From Paramecium tetraurelia (taxonomy: Eukaryota), in assembly GCA_000165425.1 (NCBI GenBank), contig CT867986.1, positions 372,001-436,000 on the forward strand: a stretch of DNA of 64,000 nt, read 5' to 3'. Within the stretch, counting starts at the first letter, position 1, and every line of letters begins with the position of its first letter. A program made the position numbers and the translations under genes. Of this stretch, positions 44,905-56,706 are shown in pieces. The notes beneath the pieces are model-generated. The model did not search any database, was not told the origin of the DNA, and saw only the letters and a list, made by a program, of their open reading frames with translations.

Positions 44905-46614
44905 TCACTCGGCATGTCCTAGTTTTGCGGCTTTATAATCTTCTGCAAAATGCAACAAGGAAGCTGTAAAAACTGCTAACATTTTTGCTTTACCCTAAGT
45001 TAAGATAAATGAAATGGTCTACATCTCTTATTTATTCCCAAATTAAAAATACTGTAGCACCCAATCTTCTAGCAACTGAGATCACATACTTGGCATTACT
45101 CTCAATTTCTTCTGGGGTTTCACCTTAAGAATTGAATGATTAACTATAAGTACCTTTTTAAACGAAGTCCCAATCAATAGCTCTTGCCTCAATAGAATTC
45201 AAAAGTCTGAAGAAGAAATGACTTGTCTTGGCCTTTGGATCTTTGAATGAAGCTAATCTATCAGCTTCAGGGACCTTCTTATTGGCTGCCTCTAAGATTT
45301 GGTCATCCTTTTGGTCTCCCATAGTCTATTGGATTATGATAAAATGGATTACTTTTAAGACATCTAATCTAAACAATTACCAGATGACACCCAAGATGAG
45401 TTTCTTCTTTCCATCTACAAAATCAACTCCACCAACGTTGACAAGAGTAATTTTGAATGTTTTAGCTTATTCCAAAGAGTAGTTAGCATTTTGAACTTTA
45501 ATAATTCTTGATTTGGCTGGGATTTTAACATTCTTCCAATTAATTGTTTATGGCTTTAATCTTTCTAACAATCTATTGAGATTGATTCCATCTCTCATGT
45601 CTTCAATTAAATTATTGATGTATCCATCTTCTATATTAAGACTGTTAATCCACATTTTGAATACTCTTTCATCCATGCTGCTTTCAGGATCATCATCTTC
45701 TTATAACATTTTAGTTTTTTCATAATCTTCTTGACTTGGTGTCAATCCAGGACAAGCATTGAAAATTTATGCACAGAACAACAAGTTCAATTTTGAATTT
45801 CCTTTAACGATATGGACTGGTCTCATGAATTTAGGAACACCAATAGATTCAGCATTTTATATAATAGTTTTAGCTCTGTTTTCTGGATCTTAACCGAGTC
45901 CATCCAAACTGCATCTATCCTTATCTAATTGATTGAGCAAGACTATATAGTTTTCACCATCTTGCAAGTCCTTATCAAAGTTATTTACTTGTCTTTGAGC
46001 TTTGGCTTCTTTCAAATGATGATTGAACCATCTTAAAAGCAATTAATCAGGTGGTAATTTAAGAATGTCTCCAATTTCTTCTTCCTCCTTTTTGAGTCTT
46101 ATCAAAAATGGGTTTTCTTTCAAATTTACCATTTTTGTTGTTTAAATCTATTAAATTATGGAATAATAATACTTTAATGATTTACCAAACCAATCCAAGA
46201 ATAATGTGCTCTCTTCTATCTTTAATTAAGTCGGGTCTGATATTAACAACTACACATCCGATTGATTTGGCTGATTGGATGGCTAAATTCAAGTTGATCT
46301 ATTGGATATATATTATTGTGTAATACATTTTCATTGAAGATGTTGAGTGGCTTCTTTACATTTATGGCTCTTGGATCTATTGCTCCATTTTATGCCAAAT
46401 TGATGATTTTACAAAGAAGAATACCATCACCCACTTTGATAAACATATCATTTGTTTCTGGATCCATTGGTAAAATGTCAGCAACATCTTTGTCGTCTCT
46501 AAGGTAGTAATTGATGTGATCACAAAAGGATGACACTTCATCTTGAGAATAAGTGTGATGAGATCCATCACCCTTTTCTACCTTTAGGGCTTGCATTTGC
46601 TTCAGATTATCCAT
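44905..46614 (-). CDS. fimbrin/plastin (four calponin-homology domains)
   Basis: HHTYSQDE..SFCDHIN, DGILLCKIIN, LLRWFNHHL, KLNLLFCAQIFN..PGL, ERVFKMWINSL and NAKYVISVARRLGA. Confidence 0.93.
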
Positions 46615-46636
46615 GTTTTTTAATAATATAATTTAA

Positions 46637-47161
46637 TCAAGATATTTCTTTGTCTTAAATTGCAGTATTTTATTAGATTGCCTATTCTACATGATTTTGC
46701 TTTTCAACAACTTAATCCATTTTATCCTTATTTTTATTTTTTTTCTTAGCACTCTTATTTTTTGATTCCACTGTGTGCTTCTTCAGAATAGCCATTCTCT
46801 TTTTGTATTCAATAGACTTTTGAAAATCCTTTAAATTACAAATGCACATATGATAATCATCAAGTTCAGTCTCTGGAATCACCATGGCATGATTTTCCTT
46901 ATCTATTTCTTCATCATCTATGAAGGAATCATCCTGATCATAAACATTTTGCCCCTTTTCATAATCAAAGTCCTTTTGCATGGCTCCAGTTTTCCTAGCA
47001 ATTTAATAAGGATTGTCTAATTTGCCATATTGGGCGCATCTTTGGACAATGTTATCAATCAAATTCCTTTTGGCATTATGAACCTGCTCCTCTTAATAAA
47101 TGGGAGACTTAAAAAACTTTCCCTCTGGAGTCTCTATATCAATAGCAATCCATTCATCCAT
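46637..47161 (-). CDS. small HUN/HRD-domain protein (Hpc2/ubinuclein-like)
   Basis: 174-aa intronless ORF with LIDNIVQR..QYG and YDQDDSFIDDEE. Confidence 0.7.
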
Positions 47162-47331
47162 CTCTTATATATATATAAAATTATTTAGTTTTAAATAAAC
47201 TTGACAAATAAAAATAGTGGCAACAATTAATTTTTGTGATTCTACTGAATTCTATCAGATTACTCTTTATTAATTAATACATTCAATGCAATGCTTGAAT
47301 GCAAATAAATAAATATATTAAATTCATCTAA

Positions 47332-48795
47332 TCACTTTAGTAGACTAAATCTGGTCTTAAGTAGAAATGTCTTCCTCTAGCCTTAAGAAGTTTCAGCTGG
47401 TTCAGATTTTAAAGCAGGCAAGGACACTATTCTATTAATCTGATACACTCTCTTAAACTCCATTATTTACATCTAACAACTGAGATAGCCATCATAATTG
47501 AATCCCCCAAAAATGAGTAACTTATTACCTACATGATATTGATGTAAACATACCATCAATGCAAGAGGAATGGCCAGCTCTAGGCTAAGGAATCACTCCT
47601 TCCTATTGGATTACATACCATTCATTATTTCTTAACGCATAGATTTAATTGGAGAATGTGGTTTATTGCATATCATCTATCTTGCCTCCATATAATAAAA
47701 TAAATGGATCATAATAAACCATAGTATGCATCATTAATTTTGGAGGTTTTGATCCGATGGTTTCCTTTGGTTTCCAATTTTAAATTGCATCATACGTGTA
47801 AAGCTGATCATAAACCTCATCATTCTAATTGACTCCGCCATATAAGTAGATTGTCTCTTGGACTTCTACAATGGCTGTGTGCATAATTCCTTTGGCAAAT
47901 ACATTTTTGGGATTAGGAACTTCATGAAATCTAGAATGAGCAGTATCAAAAATCATAGTATCGTTAAGAACCTTATTCTTAAAGCCTTCTCCACCAATTA
48001 TGAAGATGGAATCTTTGTAATTAGTAGCGGCATGATACTTTCTCATTTGAAATATCCCTGTATATTTGATGGTGTGCCATCTTTCGCCATCAAACTTTTG
48101 AATTTCATTCACAAAACATTTGGATCTAAGAGGACCATAATTATTGATTTATTCTCCTCCTATAACGTATAAATCGGTTGATATAGAAGTCATAGTGTGG
48201 CCATATCTTGGGGTGACATTTTATAATGAAGTCCATTTATTGCTTGCTAATTGAATTTATAAAATATTTTACTAGTTTCAAATTAACAAAAGTCATTATT
48301 TACTGAATTACCAAAGCCTCCACTTAGAAATATGGAACCTTGATGAGTTACCATCTGTCCAAACTCTCTAAATTGCGGAAACCAATTTTATTCACAAGCT
48401 ATCCAATTGCCTTTAATCAAACAATTCTAATTGATGTTGGTTTCAATAACTGATTGTTGTCGCTTGAATTTGATTTTAGTATTATTAGTTTTCAATTTTA
48501 GTGTTTTATTACTATTTTTAATCAATGTTTTGTATTGAGTCTGTCTAAAGATTGTGTTTTTAAAATCATCATTCAATTTCTCATGGACAGCCACAAAGAT
48601 TTATTCAAACAATCCCTTTTTTTCTTGGAGAGCAGGCAATGTATGTTATTTAACTTTCTATCCCTAACTTATTTAGTAGAATGATTTCTCTAACTGTTGG
48701 TAATCTTTTCCTTAAGTTGCAATGGAACTATTAACGGATTATCTGCCACAAGTAAGTTAGGATTAATCAAGTCTTTTATTTCTAATATTTATCAT
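47332..48795 (-). CDS. Kelch-repeat protein
   Basis: PRYGHT, RKYHAA..FIIGG, IYLYGG, MHTMV..LLYGG and PRAGHS repeats. Confidence 0.85.
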
Positions 48796-48808
48796 AATAA
48801 AAATTAAT

Positions 48809-49729
48809 ATGAGTTTATCATTTTCATCATTTGGGAAAATTCTTGAAAAAACCCAGCCAATTGCAGTTGATGAAGTAATAAATCTCAATGGACACATACT
48901 CCCAACCATAAAGAAGGATAAAAAGTAATAAAATTGAAATTATTAAGCAAGCTCTAAATGTTTTCATTTTTGAGGAAAAATGAAGGAAAACAATAAAGTG
49001 AATCCTTTCCCTTTAACGCTGTGTCCAGAAGAGCCAAACCAACTCTCTGTTGTCTAATGCCAGAAAGATCATATGAAGCAAAATACACCCCAAAGTTCGA
49101 AGTTGTTTAGTGTAAATCTCCTTCTTTTGATTTTGGATCAGGAAATCAAATAAGAACAAGATCTATCTCGATTTGCAGTCAAGATTACTACATTGATTAA
49201 TACACCTCCTTTAGAACCATGCAGAAATCACCTAAAGCTTAAACTGAAAAGAAAAACACAATCTCCCATATAAAAGAGGAATGCCCTAAGTTATTGCATT
49301 CCCTAAAGGTATAATTGGATAAAAATAGGAGAAGCAAGACTCATAATTGTTCTCCTGATTTTAATAAGTATACTGATCGTAAATATACTTAGAGAGAATT
49401 TTTGCAGCAATACGATTTACTCGGAGTAAATTATGCGAGAATAGTAAAATTATTTAAAATAATGAAAGAACAAAAGACTTGATGTAGGATATGTTGAATT
49501 CAGTAAATTTACTAACAAAGTAATGATGAAACAAGACAGAGCCGAAACACCCCCATCTGTTCGTTTGGAGTACAACTTTGATAAGCCAAAACAAATGAGA
49601 AATATTTATCTAGGAAACAACAAACCACTGTAACCAAAACTCAAACCCAAATAACTATAAACTCTTAATAATTGTGGGCAAAGATAGATCAAAAGAACAT
49701 AGGAACTAATGTAATGGCCAGACTAGTGA
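48809..49729 (+). CDS. hypothetical protein
   Basis: Continuous code-6 frame after removing two tiny introns; ends MQWPDQ*. Confidence 0.6.
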
Positions 49730-49781
49730 ATAGTAGATTAATTTATATAATATAAATTTGTCGATAAATCTAAATAACCTA

Positions 49782-50419
49782 TCAACAACATTTTTTTTTT
49801 TTCTAATGAACTTAGTACAGACTTTTAGATGTGCCTCTAACGAATTCAGGATTCTCTAATTCCATTTGGGATGCCATGGTACCAACTCTATCAAACATTT
49901 CCTCAATATTCTATTGATTTCAAACCTTCTATTCCTTATCCAGTCTTTGCAGACACTAAGAATAATCCTCCATTAATTTAATCTGCAAATTTTTTGGCTT
50001 CTGCGTATGTGATATTGTCATTATCCAGATCAACTTTGTTTCCGCATAATGCCAAAATCATTTTGTTCCTGTCACAATTATCCTTGAGATCTTCATGCCA
50101 CTTCTCGAGACTGCGAAATGTCTCCTTATTTGTGATGTCATATACCGATTTAGGATTCTTGTAGACTTTATACAAACATCAAATAATTACACCTATAATA
50201 TATTTTAGTAAGGGCGCGAAAAGCTTCTTAGCCAGCAGTGTCCCACAACTGGAATGTTATATCTTCTCCATTTATATTAATAGTTTTAGATTAAAATGAA
50301 CTTCCGATCGTTGGTTCTGTCTTCCCATCATATGAATTTTACACTATTCGTTTTACTATGCAACTCTTTCCAACATTTTGACTTCCTAAAAACACTGTTT
50401 TAAATTATCTATTGCTCAT
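49782..50419 (-). CDS. Rab GTPase (Rab5/21-like effector loop); possibly pseudogenising
   Basis: GSQNVGKS, PTIGSSF, WDTAGQE, GNKVD, SAKTG and a C-terminal CC. Two splice/frame anomalies (see findings). Confidence 0.85.
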
Positions 50420-50446
50420 ATTACTTTTATAAAATAATTCAATTAA

Positions 50447-51016
50447 ATGGGACAGAGCTGTATGAACAAAAAGAAAGAATCAAATGACCCTATGCTTCTA
50501 TCTATCAAACCTACCAATAGAACCAAAAAACCAACTTGGGAATTGCATTACAACGAGAGCAGACCAGAAACTCAGGAAGATCTTGACTTTGACATCGAAA
50601 CAAGAATTCTAAAAAAAAAAGAAGTCCGTTTCTCTACTCCTGATAGAGGCAGACACTCCTTCTCTCAAGGAGTGAAGTACTAAAAAGAATTGTTAATGAA
50701 ATAAATGTTCGGCGACATGTTTGCAAGGAAAAAATATAGTTTAATACGATCCGACAGGGAATTAAGAGAAAAAGAATACCACAATAGAATCAACCAAACT
50801 TAAAATGTAGATTTCAGTTTTTCTCCGGGCAAATTGTCACTCAAACAAATCAATGTTGACCCTTCTGATCAGACCTCAAGTTTGAAGGAAGATGTTAAAT
50901 CTCTCAAATCTTTTAAATCTAATAGTTAGCCTTAATCAAGCATTTTAAAGCCAAAAAGCAACAAAGCCAAATCACTATATTCTGGATCCAGAAGAAGTGT
51001 TAGGTTTCAATTTTGA
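50447..51016 (+). CDS. small putatively N-acylated protein (MGQSC) with SILK + RVxF motifs
   Basis: 189-aa intronless ORF with internal KKKEVRF; ends SSILKPKSNKAKSLYSGSRRSVRFQF*. Confidence 0.75.
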
Positions 51017-51169
51017 TTAAGTGATATTTATTATTTAATATGCTCATTCTCTTTGTTTAAATTATAAACTACTGAAAAGTTTAATTTCTTTATATCTCAT
51101 TTTATACTAATTGTTTTCGAATTATTACTGAAATAAATAAGGTAATTTATACACATTATCAACATGTAT

Positions 51170-52364
51170 TCATAATTATAAATCAATAAAGATTATCATC
51201 AAAGAAATATCCTGAATTCCATCGTGTTCCCCATCCCAAAAATGATGGGCATTCGCTAAAATTTCATTCTCTATTCTTGTTATTTCACTCTATGATTTGG
51301 GAGGATTATATTTATTGAGAACCTATCCAATATCCATAGTATCCAAATAACTCCACAATGAACCTGATGCAAGTACCAAATATCCAGATTTTGGAAATCT
51401 GAAGTGAATAATCTCAGGTTCTACTGTCACTCCCACTGTCTTGTGAACTTTATTACCAAAACATCTAGTGATATGCAATCCTTAATCCAATTTATTTTTT
51501 GTCCAAATTTATAAGTTTCCTTACTTCATTCCTCTTATCATTTATTAATCTATCCTACCATTGTGAGATCTAATCCTTAATAATTCTGTTTCTCTGGATG
51601 GCACATGTTCAAAAGACAAATTTTTCATTCTCCACAAATGTATCGTCTATTCTTAAAAGTCATTTTTATAGTAAAATAAGGCTTTTGAATCTCCACAATT
51701 AACACACAATAATTGATCTCCAACTATAAGTATTGAGATATTAGAAGATCCACTTTGAGAAGTGTCAATTTCACTTTATTATGACTAGTAATATTAATAT
51801 AAATTTATACCAATAATTCATCGGTATTTTTATATAGATCAATAATTTCTTCATGAACTTTTTCGTCTTTCATATTGTTAGCATCCAATTTTGAGATAAG
51901 TTCTTGGTACTACTTATCCAATTCCATTCCAACAAATCTGGCTATAGGTAGACCTGATGTGCCATGACCATCGTTTAATATAAATACATGTTTGCCATTT
52001 CCATCTCCGATCTTAGTTTTGCATTAAGCGTATTCTTAACTTCGTATTTTATACCTTCGATAGTCCTGACCATCTACACATCTAAATGACTTCAAATAAA
52101 TATTTACTTAATCGAATGATATCTCACTACGTTCTTGTGAAAATCATCGAGCTTAGTAAGTGAAATGTTTAAAACTGTTTTTTGTTTTGAATGAATTATG
52201 GGAGAATACATTAATTAATTGGATGCCAATGTTGGCAATCGAGTTGAGTTTCTTTATAATTTAGTATTCCGTGAAGTGGTTGCCTGAGGAGCAGGTATTT
52301 TCTGTTATGAAAATGTCCCTACCTTTGTTTTTAACAAAAATAGTTTCTTTTATTATGCACTCAT
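51170..52364 (-). CDS. PP2C/PPM-family phosphatase-like protein (degenerate active site)
   Basis: DGHG, SGS, NCGDSKA, H.P..E..RI, TRCFG, VEPEI and LASGSLW. Confidence 0.85.
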
Positions 52365-52782
52365 TTAAAGATAAAGTATTTTTAAAATCAATAATTAAGA
52401 AATTAATTTAGATATAAATGCTATTTACATAGTCTGCATTATTATAATAATAAATAATTGATAAATAGATCTGTTATTGCACTTAATCGAATAAATCTAA
52501 TACTCATATGACCAAAAAAATTAAATGACTCTATCATAATCATTTTTTCGTATTTTCATTCTATTATCTCTATAACACAAACTATTAATTTCGTCTTTAA
52601 ATCTTAGTATATAAAATTACCCTACTTCTAAGACAAATTCTAAAAGTTCGGTTCCTCTATATTAAATAATTTAATTTCACAATTGAATGCTCCTCAATTA
52701 TTATTTCTGTATAATGCCATTTTATTAATAATGGGTAAGTTCAGGAGTATAATACCGATAGCAAAACCAAATATTCGAACAC

Positions 52783-52855
52783 GCTGATGTAGCTCAGTCG
52801 GCAGAGCGGTTGGCTGTTAACCAACAGGTCGAAGGTTCAAACCCTTCCATTAGCG
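52783..52855 (+). tRNA. tRNA-Asn (GTT)
   Basis: Acceptor stem GCTGATG/CATTAGC, D-arm TAGCTCAGTCGGCAGAGC, anticodon loop CTGTTAA and T-loop TTCAAAC. Confidence 0.95.
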
Positions 52856-52856
52856 C

Positions 52857-52871
52857 TTTTTTATTTTTTTT
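52857..52871 (+). terminator. Pol III oligo-T terminator
   Basis: T-runs immediately after the tRNA. Confidence 0.7.
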
Positions 52872-52919
52872 ACCACTCATGAGTATAGTTCATTATACAC
52901 CATTTAATTATTATAAATA

Positions 52920-53213
52920 ATGGATTAAGACCCAGAGCCTCCTAAATCTCGACTTACTAAATTCTTCGAAAAAGTTGACAATTGGGTTGGACCATCGAGA
53001 CTTTAATACAAACCTGCCTGTCATGACTTAAAAGAAATGATTGTAGAATGTGTATTGGAATCGGATTGCATGAAAAACAATGAAGGAGATTTTAGATTCT
53101 GTTTAACTGAAGGAATCAATAAAGAATGCAAAGCCATAAGACATGATTGGTATGTTTGCAGAAAATCCTAAGTGGATTGGAATAAACATCATTTTAAAGA
53201 CGATCCTCGTTGA
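52920..53213 (+). CDS. COA5: cytochrome c oxidase assembly factor Pet191/COA5
   Basis: ACHDLKEMIVECVLESDCM...FRFCL...ECKAIRHDWYVCRKSQVD, a twin CX9C arrangement. Confidence 0.85.
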
Positions 53214-53247
53214 TATTCTTATATAATACATTTTAGATAATATAATA

Positions 53248-54516
53248 TCACTCAATTTTAGTTGCTGTTTATTAGGATTCTTCAACATCTATTCTACCTT
53301 TCAAGAAATCATTTGACTATTTGTAAATTTAATATGTATTTTGTATATCAATACCAAGTGTATTACAATAATTATGTTCAGCCATGAATTAATAAAGATC
53401 TAAAGAATCATCTTCATCAAATTCTGACCCAAAACATTTCTCAAATTAATCCTTAAATTAATGTTACATATCTTTCTTTTCAATTTCTAATAAAAATTTG
53501 GCCACTTGACTAGGCTTCAGTTCCTTCCTCAATTATTCCAGAGTCTATCCATAAGCACCTAATTCAAGTTACACCTAATTTTTAATATCTTAAAAAGATG
53601 AAAGAGTACTATTAATAGAATATATGGGAAAAATACTTCGTCAGCTCATTTTAATATCTTAGCAACTTTTTTTATTTTTTCTGAAGTGTTTGTTTTTGTT
53701 TATCGGTTAACTTTAAACTTCTTAAGATACCATGTTCAGACAAAGACTCTGAGGATGCGAAAATATCCTAATCCGTCTTGGCCACTCCAATTATGTAATT
53801 TAAATATGGAGATAAACAATTCTCATATATTTACCGAGAATAATGATCAATTTATTATTATCTATCTAGGGATCCTGATCCAAATTTTTTCTGAAATCAT
53901 ATTGAGAATTAATTACATTCAGTGATTCTATAAATGTATCGATATTCATTTCATTGATATTACTTTAAACAGAGTTTTGTAAATTAGAAAACAATATAAT
54001 CTTATTTTAATCTTAATCTTATCTCTAACATTAATTTTATGTTACCTGATTTATTTTACTCTGTAAGCTTGTTGCTAATTCTGTTGTTTAATCATTTACC
54101 CTTTTAAATATTTCCAATTATTCAGATAACTTTGTGACTTTGGTCTCAAGTAGTTCTAAATAGATTTTCTTTCTTTTTCTACTATTTCTTGCTGATTCTC
54201 TATTCTTAGCCAACTTATCTTCCTTATCGCAATTAGAACTTCCAATTATAAGCTGACTTTAAATCTTATTTGGAAGTTGCTTTTTACCAACTCTATTGAT
54301 ATTCATATGCCTTTACTTTTCATCTGATTGTTCTTAGTTGGTTATTTTAATCAAGGATGATATCTTATTTATGTAGGCATTCTTAGTATTCGGCATTTGC
54401 TTTTTATTCTTATTGCTATTGTTTTATCGTTTGCTAGGCAACTCATCCTGTTCGAATTATAAGTCGCTTGAATTGGAATCGTAATTAAGTTGATCTATAT
54501 AATCAGGGAAACTCAT
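53248..54516 (-). CDS. hypothetical protein
   Basis: MSFPDYIDQL..., long code-6 frame ending TATKIE*. Confidence 0.6.
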
Positions 54517-55748
54517 TAATTTTAATATTTTTATATCAAATTGCTAAATATAAATTACCGATTATTAAATGCTATTTGCTCTGAAAACAATTCAAAAATT
54601 ACAAAATTGCATTATAAACGTTCTTCACATATCTACCAGCATAATGATATTAAGTTATCATTTAAATAATCTTAATTCCATTATTAAAATTTCATATTAA
54701 TATTACTTGTTATTCTCCCTTAGAACATGCAATCTTTGTAAATAATAGAAAGGAAACCAATATATTATTATTGTAAAGAATTAAAATCAATTTACCCTTA
54801 ATTACCCAATATTTAAATACTCCTAAAGGTAGTAGAGTAATTATACTAAATCTTTAAGAAAGAAAATAATATAAATTTATTATATTATTATTAAATAATA
54901 GTTGATTCTCTGATCATAAAAATTTTCCATCGGTGATTCTAATGATTTTGATTCTAATAAGAAAATGGAATAAAGATATTATAATTAATAAAGATATCTC
55001 CCCTAAGAAAAAAATTAAGAACTTAAACATTAAAGAATTATAGAAGATCAATTTTTCAATTTTAGTTAGTTTTATTTAATCCTAAAGATTTATAATGGAA
55101 AAAAAAAATAGTCCAATTATTGTTTTTTGAAGATTTAGTTGAGATAGCTTGCATGAGTGTTTGTCAATCATAAAAAATTTTGCAAGGATGAGGGAATTTT
55201 TTATGGAAAAAGACAAATTTCTACATTATATTTCGAAAGAATTATTGTCTGCATTAAAGGTTTTACCAAACTCATAAATAAATTATTAAATTTAATCGAA
55301 GTGAAATGAGTTGAGAAAATAATAAATTCGGATAATTTATTATATAACTTATAATTGTTAAAAGATAAGGCTATGGTAAATAATAACTCAAGCTGGAGCA
55401 TTGGAAACTTAAATTTATTTCCACTTATAATACATAAAAAACTCAAAGTAATAAGGAAATTATTTAAGGCTAATTTAATTAAATAACCTTTTAATAAATG
55501 ATTATGTAAACTTTAATTTAAATAAACAGGAGATGTTTTCCACATATTTTAGATATTAATTTAATAAGATGTATTAATTATTTAGAAAGATCAGATAACC
55601 TCACTAATTTAAATATAGTTTATCAAATAAGTTGAGGATAGGTGATGAAGATAAATGAATCAAAAATATAAATTCATAATTTTAAAGAAGTATTTAAAAT
55701 AAAGGAATTCAAAAATATTAGAAAATGATTATTAATAATATAAATATT

Positions 55749-56635
55749 ATGAATCAACAATTTTATAACTTCCTGAACATACCAATCACTCAAAATCCAA
55801 AACCTGAATTAGTTAGAGTGAGATTAGCTAAATAATTTATTGTTGCTTAAGTATTACATATTTTCAATACTTGGAAATCAATTCATAATGATGAATCAAT
55901 TAGTTTTGGATTGATTGGATGTGGATAAGTAGGAAAGCTGATAATCAATTCAATAATTCCATATGCTATTAAATACTATGATCTAAAGCCTTAGGATGTT
56001 CACATATCAACAAGAAGGTATTATTATAATGATATAACTTCAATAGGCCTGAATAAATTTATTATTATGTTACGAAAGGCTATTAGGTATACTTTGATAA
56101 TGACAGATTATTGGAATAATGCAACTTTGTGGTTATTGCTATTCCACCAGTGATTGATAATTGGAATATTTTGGAATTATAAAATAAGAATCCAAAGGCA
56201 TATATAATTTCTTTATTGTCGACTTTAAAATTGCCTAGATTGAAGTAATTGCTTAAATAAGAAAATCAGTTATATCATACATAAATTTCTTCATAGCAAC
56301 TTGATTAAGCAATTTTGAGCTACATAGAATTAATAGAGCAAATAAAGCCAGGAGTGTTTCAAACTTAAATTTAGGAAGACATTGTCAAATTGATTACTGA
56401 ACAAAGTCACAATCACTTTATTGATGGAGAGAATAGGATAAAGATTTTTATAGAATCCTTTGGGATTGAACTCACTGAGAGTTAATACGTGAAAATATTT
56501 GGAAGAAATAAACAGGAATTTGAAACACAAATGGAGAAATTATTCAAAATGAGCTTCACAAAATCTATGCTCTAATTTTAAAATTTCATCTAAAAATGAA
56601 TAAGTAATGAAAAAGATTCAACTATTAAAAAATGA
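55749..56635 (+). CDS. NOXRED1: NADP-dependent oxidoreductase domain protein (NOXRED1/P5CR-like Rossmann fold)
   Basis: GLIGCGQVGK (GxGxxG) followed by ISTRRPE and CNFVVIAIPP. Confidence 0.7.
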
Positions 56636-56706
56636 AATATTTATTATGAAATTTGTCAACTTATGATTGTAATTATCTGTATAAATTAAATTAATTGATA
56701 AAATTA

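Noticed and set aside
45228..46507. Several + strand ORFs in the track
   Set aside because: Antisense shadows of the fimbrin gene.
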